NCBI GenBank assembly: GCA_040954595.2
Contig: CM082581.2
Location: 7,276,059-7,340,058, forward strand
Length of the DNA stretch: 64,000 nucleotides
Origin: Balanoglossus misakiensis
Lineage: Eukaryota > Animalia > Hemichordata
Direction of reading: 5' to 3'
The notes beneath the pieces are model-generated. The model did no database searches, had not been told where the DNA came from, and saw only the letters and a program-made list of their open reading frames with translations. Below are positions 42,001 to 52,302 of the stretch, piece by piece. The translations under genes and the position numbers were made by a program. Every line of letters starts with the position of its first letter. Positions within the stretch are counted from its first letter, which is position 1.

Positions 42001-45000
42001 CTGATTTTGTTCCTAGTAGTTATATTTCACCGTTATACCGGCAATCCCGAATTCTTGACTCCCTATATCCCAATGCGTAAGTCATTGAAATACACTCAAT
42101 ATTTATCAACTGGCTTACAGTACAACAATTTCCATCTCCACCACCACTACACTGTATGCAAGGGTCTGTAATAGCCCTCCAGGAACGGCGATTGCCATCG
42201 TTCAACCAGTATTTCTTATCGATAGAGAAATGTCAAGGTTAAGCTGAAGTAATTTCCAATGAACTCGAGCGCTGTTTTAATTTCTTTCCATATAAATAAC
42301 ACTCGTTGGTTTTTGCAGCCACACTTTTACACAAATTGTTTCTCTGGGCCTATTTCCTGTCAATTATTAGTTCATTTAGGGCTGAAACCCCACTTATCAC
42401 CCGTGGCGATGAGCTTCCACGGACAAAATATATCTCTCTTTGTTGCTAGGCAACAAAGCGTTTAGAAAAATCTGATTAGCTTTGCAGAGAGCCTGTACGA
42501 TTATTGAAGCATGTTCTTCCAAGAATTAATTAATTTCGCGGCGTATAAATGTAAGTAAAGCGAATGTGAAATGAGATTCCTGCCTTCAATGCAAAGCCAA
42601 GCGGTATATGCAGTTAGAATCTGGTAAACAAATATTGGGAAGCCGTATGCATATCTGACGGCGGATGTGTGATCGATGCAAATGAAAGGGTTTTTGCAAT
42701 TTCTAAAAATTCAGAATTTAAAAATAAATGGACGTTTTCCCGGTTCGTCAGTCTGAGTACACTACAACGAGCTCTTCAAAGTGTGTACATACAGCACAGC
42801 AAGTAAACATTTCAAAAGACATTTTAACATCAGTGATGCAATTTTGAATATCCGTAAAGCGTAACGTACGGTATTGAGGATGAACAATTGCATAGAGCGT
42901 GTTGAAGGTATTGGCTACACCAACGCGCATTATGGACGCCGAAATAAACCTGTTGTTACAACGTTCTAGCAAAATTCTCCTGAAAATAGGAGGTCGTCAT
43001 TTGCAAGGGCGGGACTTTGTATTACAGGCTGAATCGGCCGTTTTTATCTCGGTTTTCAGTCCTTTGATAGCTAGAAAGGGCTCTGCCAGAATGACGTCAC
43101 CGATTTCAAGTTATCGAGTTGTACGGTTGCGCGTTCAACTTCGCCCTCCACCCATTGCATTGCTAGCTCTCAGTGGTGTCAAGCTCGCTGTAAGTCAGCC
43201 GATTCTCGCAGGAGTTCACAGAGAAGTGCCGGTAAACAAATCGGAAATACGTTAATGCATAAAGCGTAACTGAGATGTACTGGAACAACATCCATATGCG
43301 GCCCAGTACATGACAACAAATTCCTACACTTGGCTTCTCACTCACCAAAGACCAACTCATCTCACTAATCAATTACCCACAAACTAAATTCTGGCAGCGA
43401 ACCATTGCAAATCGAATTTCAACCTCAGACGTGCATTTATTCTCTAGACACACGCACATGAAGTCACGTCTGTCATTCGCATTCATGTACAACTCCAGGG
43501 ACAACAATACAACCACCTGTTCCAATCCGCACCTGCTGTAGAAAGAGCGGTGGGTTCTGCATGCCTACTCCATCCACTGTAATAGCCAAACAAATTTCGC
43601 AGTCAACAGCTAGGAATAACTCTCAGTTTATCGCTAGTTCCTGACTCATTTGGACAATTTGTCGCCTACTTTATTTGTGTAGGTGGTAAGCAAGGCTCCC
43701 AGGGTGTAGCAGTTCGCGTATGTCTGTAGGGGCGATTCTAAACCACGAAACAACCAGTGGTTAGCTATTATATACTCAATTTCTGATGATGGGTTTTCTG
43801 GCTGATGTGCGTTTTTTTTCAATATGCAGATAATACATACACTAGCATATCGAGTATGCTACCGACGGTCACGACGGGTGCCTATAAATATCCAGCATCG
43901 ATGAACGTTTTGCAAGAGACAAAAGGCCGCAAAATGCGGTATTAGTTTGGTTGAATCGTGACGAGAATAAAACTGCTCAGGTGGTAAATTTGAATACTTG
44001 CACATGTCGTGAACTCACTGGCAGAATGAAATGCCAAATCGTATCCTTATGCCCGCCACAATAGACCGTTTTACGTGACTAGAGCGAGATCTCACGTGAC
44101 CTAACCTCCACGTAGACTGAAATGCCGAAGTTCCGCAGGGAATCTCAAGTAGGATGTGGCAAGCAGCTTCAAAAACACACGCGAGTCTGGATTCCAGACT
44201 AGCTTCAAACGCGCCCTCTAATATTTTGAACAGCGCAGCGCCAAAGTTTCCGATTCAGAGTACTGCACAGTGCCACCAGACGGACTCATCGGCTCACAAA
44301 TTGAACCAATCGCTCATATTGGACTCGCTATACCGCCAAATAAAACGAAATTGGACTGGTTATTTAAACAAACTTGCACAGCTCCTATCTATAACTTGGA
44401 ACCGTTGCCATGGCTACTGGCGGTGTGACGGCCACCGTTATTATTGTAAGCCCTTTTTGCGATCTGACCAAACACAGACGTGATTGCAAAACGTTCTGGG
44501 CATTTTAATTGAAGAGACTGTTTTGGTATTGTTGGAGAGGCAACATGACTCGATCGATTTCTAACTTGATTTTCATCTTGGCAGCGGTTTGTGTTTCGTT
44601 TCCTTCACGGAACGTTGATACAGAAATGATAATTGAATTGGCAATACTAAAGGCGAAAATGTAATTTCCGCCCAAAAGTGCCAATCTTGGATTCGATCTG
44701 AAAATTGGAAGAAAATAATTGATTGAGAGAAAGAATTTAATATTTTGCCTATCTCGCCCCAATCTCAACAGGAAAGTTCATACACATGAATGTTCTATTT
44801 TCTTTCCTTTGGCAGGATCATAAATTTAAATCAAGGTTTTAATAATTACCTACGGGTCATCGAGTGTCAAAAGATTAATCCTGGATGTCGCTTGCACTTT
44901 TCCCGCCCAGACGACAGTCGTGAAAAATTTACGAACGAATAAAGTTTAATGGCGCAAGATGGGCAGCAGATTCATCGCGATTATTAAAGTTAAATTATCG

Positions 45001-46575
45001 TATTTATTTATCTTTGGGGGAGAAATGTGGCATGTTTCGTTCCAAGTCACGTGACACTAGCATGCATGGATAGTCAGATCCCACTTATTGTGAATTCAAC
45101 ATCCACTCGTAGGTAATTTAAGTCTGCGTCGATGATACCAGGGTGAACATATATATAGCAACATGGAAAAAATAATAATTTGTTAAACCCCCAAATTAAA
45201 GCTATTTAAAAAAGAATACCTTGATTATATGGGAGATTGGCATTAGGTTGAAAGCAAGACGCAAACGGGGAATGGAAGGGTACATGTACTTTTCACAATA
45301 TGCTTACAGGTCATGGCAACTCCGCACTGATTTAAGCATTAACTGGGAAGAAAATCGGAAATAGCTTAGTTAGTCTACACGATACGCACAAATACTAGTA
45401 CACTTCACTCGCTTTTCTTTGGCTTCCAACGGCGGGAAATCCTTCGTGACCAGCATGATTCGAAGCCCATCATTGATTGGAGTCGGAATTCATTTCAACT
45501 AAACCGGTCATGACCTTCCTCCACTCTGTTCATGAAGGTCACAAATCTTGGAAGTGAACTTTTGATTTTTGTATCAAGGTTACCGTCACAAAAGAGAAGG
45601 AGACCAGATTAATGTCTTCGCTCACTTGAAAAAAAAGTAGAGGCCAAGGGTGGAATGGTGACATCACATTCAGACATACATGTATGTACAATGCAGAGAG
45701 GGGGAGAGAGATAGAGACCGGGGATGGGAGACAGTGAGTGAGAGAGATACGACATACTAGTGATGCGAATTACTGCCACATAAGTGTAAAAGCACTTGAA
45801 CATTCCATCATAATGCACAACGCTTTTAAAATGATTGCCATATTCAGTGTCACACAGAGAGGAATAAGAAAAATAGCTTTGGTCCGGTGGCGTTGAAACG
45901 TCGTGGGTCGGTTTGACCACGGTCACCACGATAGCGGCTAAATAAGCGTGTAACAACTGGCGTGGCACCCCCAGTGCAAGAACTGTGCAGCCCCGTTGCG
46001 GTTTTCGTGCACCGCACAATAGTGGGTTACATAAGGTCGTAAATCACGGTGATTCAAGTCACAAATTGGCGATTCAACAATGGCGTGCCGGGGAGATAAC
46101 CTCAATTCCCTCGATGGGACCTGACCATGAATCCGTACCCTATATTAGTGAACCAACCTATTCATCCAAAACGACACTGTACACACCAAGACTGAAAACA
46201 TGAAGTTTTCTATTAAATGGTAAAAAACGTAACGTTTCCGTTGTGGACACGATGACAGACAAGTAAATGGTACGCTTGCACTTCTGTAAGAGCTTGCTAC
46301 TTTGAACAATATACTTATTACATGCATCAGTAGAAAGAACTGTGCACCGAGCATCGGGGGCTGTAAGGTTATAGCATGGCAGTCATTTACAGATTGTTTG
46401 TTATCCTCTATCTCCCCACACCCACTCTGCTGAGAATGTAACACATTTCAGGCAAATACTGTCCGCTGGCAATATTCTTAACGCCTTACTCACTCATAAA
46501 TGACGATTCGCTGACAGCACTGCAGTGGGACATTCTTAAATGTGTGATCGACGAATCAAAACAGATCGGGATGCG

Positions 46576-46690
46576 TGACGTCAACTCGGAGGCGAATCGC
46601 TGACGTCACGCTGAAAGCTTGGATTATTATGCAAATAGGGATTGGGTATTGCACAGTGATGCAGTTTCAGTCAGCTATATAATAGATTGG
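46576..46690 (+). promoter_or_regulatory. Candidate proximal promoter of the GPCR gene (2 CRE, octamer, reverse CCAAT, TATA-like)
   Basis: TGACGTCA at 46576-46583 and 46601-46608, ATGCAAAT at 46629-46636, ATTGG at 46641-46645, TATATAATA at 46676-46684. A possible first donor CAG|GTATAA lies at 47354/47355. Confidence 0.45.
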
Positions 46691-48890
46691 CCGTTGAAAG
46701 CAGTATACAGTGCCTGGTAACACTGTGCCCAGCTGGAGTATATGTTGTTGCCCTCACGTCGTGATCTCTGTGGCGTTTTACTAGCACTGGAGAAATTGCT
46801 AAGGAGACCGTGGGTATAGGACTGTAACCGATGTAGATCTTTGGTCTCCCTGAACACAGGCAAAAGACACTTCAGATGTGTGTGAACATCATCGATTAGG
46901 GGCAAAAGCGTTCGTAACGCGGACAAACTTTCCCGTCGAGAACCATCGACGACGCCGCTGGTGGGAATTGGACACGGTAGGTTGTCAAATCTGCTGACTT
47001 TCTTGTACTGTTGATACATAAACAGCTTCCGTGGAGGTAGGTTGGTGGACGAGTCAGTCACGTCGATAGAACCAAAACAAAACCAGGCCGGGCTGCTGCC
47101 ACAGACAGCCCTCGAGTGAATAAGCGTCCGGTGCGCTGTGCTCAAATCGGCGCTTTGCTTTTTATCCCCCTTGAGGGTTTTAGCGTAATTCCCGCACAAA
47201 TCGCCCGGGACTCCGCTTTAAGTCACCGTCCATTTTGCAGCGGAATACTCCGCTCCCATGAATGCAACTATTTTCGCTGGGAATGGCCAGCGCTGCAGGG
47301 CTAACACCCACTGTAACAGAGAAAGAATGACAGTGTATATCAACACCACTTCAGGTATAATACTAGAGGGAGCGGTCGAGGCGTTTTGCATGTTTCTGGG
47401 ATGACATTGATTACATCCTTTAACCGTTTGGCTACATTGCCTCCAGCGACCCAGTAGCGTTCACGCTGCCAATGAGCAATGTGAGGGCGGAAATCAGTAA
47501 AAAAAAAGTACCCGTATTCCATTAGCGCTGTCATAATTTTTTTGTAATTAATGTACTATTCACGATTGACTGGGAGTGGCGGGTTCTGGTTTGCATACAA
47601 CTGGACACTGTGGTTATATGCCAATTAGCTGGTCAATTCTGTAGATTGACACAAATCCTTATTTGTAGGAACTTCACTGCGATCTGTTGTCAAATCTTTC
47701 AAATGAACACTATAAAGAGCAACTGCTTAATTTTCTAGTACAGCTTAATTTTCTCGGCCCAGTAACTCCTTTCTTGTTCGTGGAACCCAAGGATTCAAAA
47801 CACGACGGCTGTACGACTGGTATGTGTGATTTAGTGTTTATTTGTAAACACCAGGGACCAACAACATCAAACCGTGTGTATTTGATGGGGGCCGAATATA
47901 AAGAGCGTAAAGTCACGTAGTGTTCCCCCCCCCCCCCAGTAATTAGGATAGTCTCTTAAAACAACACTGTAAACCGTAACTGCGTGTTGATTTTTGGTTT
48001 TAAGTAATCAAACATGTTTTGGTGGGGCGCAGATGTTATTTTTAGTCTGGAAGACCGCGGGCCGGATGGTCAGCAATAGGACCCACGTATGAATTATGCA
48101 TGGATGGAGAGTAACACAATTGTTTTATTTACGGTCAATCTCTAAATGGGGTTCGCGTTTGTGGTGGCCTTCTTTTGTTGGTGCGCCAATCGATCGGCAA
48201 GAGCATGGGAATCGAAGACGAGCTCTGAGGTGATTCTGTGCCACATGCACTAGGCATGCAGTTAATGAGTTGTCAGCAAAAAGAGTAAGGGTACGTCCAA
48301 GTGTAGTCAATTTTCTGCAGGTAACTATCTAACGACGACCACGAAACCCGGGACAGTGCACTCTGCTACATGTACATGTATATTGAAATTAGTCGACACG
48401 TTGGTGAGAATTGACCGTTCGCCTAATTCGCATAGGTGTGTTAATTTGTATAACTGCGACTGCCTGAGACAATTTCGTAACGCATCTATAGTACAATGCA
48501 CTTGCGGTGTTGGCCACTTAGCTTCACCTCGGGGGGTATCCCCACCGGTCACCGGTCTGCCCTATGTTTGGCGTCCGACCGGGCCATTAGATGTCACAGC
48601 TCGTTGGCATGAACATCTCTTTCTCTGAGCCCCCCTAAATAGACAGCACAAACTCTGCATGGGTATGTATAATCCGACGCAACAAAGAAGCCAGCCAACC
48701 ATGCAGCGGTTTGTATGGAACTGGATGCAACAAAACTCCGGATACCTACACTGGTTATTAGTTAAATTTTGCTTTCCAGGTTTAATGAAAGCACGTGACC
48801 AGCGAGCGTATAATAGAACCCCAGTTACCTTAATTGCCTCTCTCGTCAGATTTTTTTTCTTAATCAACGTTTCCTCTTGTTCTATTTCAG

Positions 48891-48997
48891 GTGAAATTAC
48901 CGTGAGCTCGGAAAATGTCAAACTGTAGTCAATAAGGGTATTCAATAGAACACACTCATCCTTGAGACAGGGATACGATCAGGCTGCTAATACGACG
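48891..48997 (+). other. Candidate non-coding 5'-UTR exon of the GPCR gene (107 bp)
   Basis: Long pyrimidine tract ending TCTATTTCAG|G at 48890/48891 and donor ACG|GTAAGT at 48997/48998. Contains a 6-codon uORF (48915-48935, MSNCSQ). Confidence 0.6.
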
Positions 48998-49538
48998 GTA
49001 AGTGTGTGTTCGTAATTGTTCCGCTGCGCAAACAGCAGATTCGATTACCCGAAGTAGGTATTCCATCGCGATTCCACGGCGAGTGTGTCAATCACGCGGT
49101 CTTAATTCTGAGCATTAATTGCCGTTAATCAGCTTGTCATAAACGTGTCCGTGTTGTCGCAAGCGGCGGAGCAATTAGGCATAATTACCATTCTGACGTT
49201 TGCGGGGAAATGTGCTCTTTTGCATATGACCCAGTTTTGTGTGTCAGTGCGCACTGTGAGAGTAAGTGGCTTGTTTATCCTTTTTGAACAGACATTAATT
49301 TGCTGGGTATTGCAGTACTGAGAGGTTTAACAGACACATTCCAAACTTTAAATATTTGTACTTGTGATGTTATCTCACCTGGACAGTTAAAACGATACGC
49401 TCGGTACTACGAACACCTTGCCCCCTAACTGCAAACGGTGATATGTAAGTTGGCGAGAAACTGCGGTGGCAATTGTTAAAGGCTTTGATTTTCGACGGTT
49501 TCCTTCTGTTCAAAGTACCTTGCTACTATATTTCGTGT

Positions 49539-49570
49539 GGGGGTGGGGTGGGAGTAGATGGGGATGGGGG
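49539..49570 (+). other. G-quadruplex-forming motif upstream of the coding-exon acceptor
   Basis: GGGGGTGGGGTGGGAGTAGATGGGGATGGGGG. Confidence 0.5.
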
Positions 49571-49813
49571 TAGATACATGTACTATTAAGATATTATAAG
49601 CCAAGTGAAAGTACTTTGCCTTGGATACAGTGCCATGAACAGGGGTTGGACATACTGAATTCAGGGACATGCCGAAATGCGTGATGCCAGTACGGGTTCA
49701 ACACAACAACTTTTGGAAAGTGGATAACAGGCATCGTAAACTTACTATCCATTGAGGGTAAATGATGCCAGATCTGGTCGCATAAGACCAGCTTTATTTC
49801 GATCATAGTGGTG

Positions 49814-49854
49814 TTCATTTGCTTTTCTGCATTTTTTTCTCTCACAAAGTCTAG
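49814..49854 (+). other. Splice acceptor of the main coding exon (tandem AAG/TAG options)
   Basis: Pyrimidine tract TTCATTTGCTTTTCTGCATTTTTTTCTCTCAC followed by AAAG (ends 49849) and CTAG (ends 49854). Confidence 0.6.
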
Positions 49855-49864
49855 CCCATATACA

Positions 49865-49903
49865 ATGGAAGTGAGACGGCAGAAAGGAACCAGCGGAGCA
49901 TAA
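49865..49903 (+). other. Upstream ORF (12 aa, MEVRRQKGTSGA) in the GPCR leader
   Basis: ACAATGG strong Kozak context; TAA at 49901-49903, 37 nt before the main ATG. Confidence 0.55.
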
Positions 49904-49940
49904 AAAGAGTGAGAGCGAAGCAGGGGGGTGCTGCGAAATT

Positions 49941-51060
49941 ATGTCATCCATTTGGAACACCAGCACCAATCTGCAGATGTCCTCTTACACCGATTCCGTT
50001 CCGCCCGACGTGCTGTCGCCGGGGAATCTGCAGCCAGAGACACTCATGACGATGGCGTCACAGCCGAGCAGACACTCGGAGTATGTCACGTACAGCGGCA
50101 TCGACTCCGACTTGGAAGGAACTTTGGTGACGCTGACAACCATCGTTGCAAATTCAACGGGGAACGCGACGGAGGAGGGCGGCAGCGGCGGCCCTCCCCC
50201 GCTGCCGTCCGTGGTCTTCATCGTGCTGTCCACCATCGCCCTGGGCGTGATGGTGCTCCTGGTCATTTGCGGGAACGTCCTGGTGTTGCTGGCCGTCGCC
50301 CTGGAGCGTTCCCTGAGAAACGTGACGCACTTGTTCATCGTCAACTTGGCCGTGGCCGACCTTCTGCTCGGCACGACAGTGTTGCCGTTCTCGGCCACGT
50401 ACGAAATCATCCCCTACTGGCCGTTCGGCCCGACCTTCTGTGATATCTGGGCGGCGGTCGACGTTCTCTGCTGCACGGCGTCCATCAACAGCTTATGTGT
50501 AATCAGTATCGACCGGTACATAGGAGTCACGCGGCCCCTGCAACACAACATGATCATGACCAAACGTCGTGCTGGACTAATCATCGCCATGGTGTGGCTA
50601 TTCTCGGTGGCAATATCGGCGGGACCGTTGTTCGGATGGCGCGAGCCCACCCTCGACCCGCACGTCTGCGCCATCACCGACTCCCTGGACTACGCGCTCT
50701 TTTCCGTCGCCGGTTCCTTTTACATCCCGCTCATCGTCATCCTACTGCTGTACTACCGCATCTACCGGGAGGCCATCATCCAGACTAGATTCCTGATGGC
50801 GGGGGAGAAAACCGGCAAGGGTAAGAACGACGTCACCCTCCGGGTTCACACGGCGCAGCAGCGGAAAACTCCGTCGAAACACGGCAGCGGCGGCGGAACG
50901 GGTTCACCGGTGATGAAAGGGAAAAATAAGTCTACCCCGTCGGGGTTCGGCTCTAAACTTGCCAGGTTCAACAAGGAGAAAAAAGCGGCGAAAACCCTCG
51001 GAATCGTCGTCGGAGTATTCATCGTGTGCTGGCTGCCCTTTTTCTTGCTACTCCCGATAA
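49941..51060 (+). CDS. ADRA1: Alpha-1 adrenergic receptor-like class A GPCR, first coding exon (N-terminus to end of TM6, 373 codons + 1 nt)
   Basis: GN in TM1; NLAVADLLL..VLPFSA in TM2; DIWAAVDVLCCTASINSLCVISIDRYIGV in TM3 (Asp3.32, DRY); GPLFGWREP; YALFSVAGSFYIPL in TM5 (Ser5.42/5.46); VTLRVH in ICL3; EKKAAKTLGIVVGVFIVCWLPFF in TM6. These closely match vertebrate ADRA1A/B/D as I recall them. GC and GC3 rise sharply, N-terminal NxS/T sites are present, and the exon ends at A|GTAAGT (51060/51061). No vertebrate subtype is implied. Confidence 0.95.
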
Positions 51061-51990
51061 GTAAGTGCATAACTGCTTTATTCCCATGACAACCCTTTTC
51101 CCATTTGTTTGTAATTTGGTACTTGTTTTATCCACCGCCAATCTCACTCAATATGTTGTCGTCTGTCTATATACAAGCCACTTTACAGCTAGAATGTGTC
51201 CTCAGGGTGCATGCGCGCAGCCTTTGTGCGCTGGCGATGTCTGAGACACTTTCGCCTGCCCTTTCCAATTTCAAAAGTTCCGCTGATTCAAATTCTTTAC
51301 AGTTCGTCTCGTCTTTTTCCTCGACCCCGGGAGCATGCGCAGCGACACAAAATCTCGCACCTCGCGAACTTTCGAGACCCGGGTTCCAATTCAGTTCGGC
51401 TCCTTGTAACGAAATCTCGCGCCCGGGTAATTGGTTCTTGTGCGGATGTCAAGCTTTAATGAACTCAGGAATTCATACCTCATTAAATCATGCGGCTGTC
51501 CATATACACTCGATCATATTTTTCCTCCGCCGTGACTGATCCCGTCATGCCGCGATTGACACATCCGCTGTCCGTTGAATTCCATCGCAAAACCAGGAAA
51601 ATTGTCGAAAGACAATCCATACTATTTTTGGAAAAATGAAGTGAAAAGTTAACCGAATGAAATTCAAGGAACACTTTTACCTCTATGCAATTTAATGAGC
51701 TAGATTTTTGCTCTGGAGTATACAATTTAGAATGACATTTGCATTTAGTATCCATGCCCAGGACTTTCAAGGCAATAAATTTCTTTCCCGAGTGGCCTAA
51801 TTCCATTATAAATCCATTTAAGGATCATTGAATGGTTGACGCGGTTTTATTGCTTTTCACACGCAGACCAAAAAAGACGCCGTTGTTGAAAAATCATGGC
51901 TAAGTTATTGACACCCCAATCCATCGCCCATAGTGCTCCAGTTTTCCATGAATTTGGAACGGCTCGAATTTTGCTCAAACTCTATGTAGA

Positions 51991-52302
51991 ATTATATTAT
52001 ACCAGTATATTGATGGTGTAAATCACGCTATTTGATTGGTCGAGACACGACACGTGACCGTGATATATTAGCCATATACCACAGTCATATATCATAGTCA
52101 AAGAAAATGCCTTTTTTAAATGTTTTATGCAAAGTTTCAATATACTGGCATAATATAATAGCAATAAAACACCCCCAGCCATGGTATACCACTCGATTTT
52201 GACCAGTTCAACTCCATATACGCACTCGCTATCGCTCGTGCGTATATGTCGTGAACTGGTCAAAATCTTGTGGTATACCATGGCTGGGGGTGTTTTATTG
52301 CT
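51991..52302. mobile_element. Non-autonomous fold-back element: 23-bp inverted repeat pair followed by a 143-bp near-perfect hairpin
   Basis: ATTATATTATACCAGTATATTGA (51991-52013) vs TCAATATACTGGCATAATATAAT (52137-52159), 1 mismatch. Arms 52160-52210 and 52252-52302 (51 bp, 2 mismatches), inner stem CATATACGCAC/GTGCGTATATG, loop TCGCTATCGCTC. Confidence 0.8.

Noticed and set aside
46675-47199. 174-aa minus-strand ORF
   Set aside because: No homology recognised; it overlaps the candidate first exon of the + strand gene and is probably incidental.
49928-51070. Alternative-frame and antisense ORFs over the GPCR exon
   Set aside because: Typical shadows of a GC3-rich coding exon.
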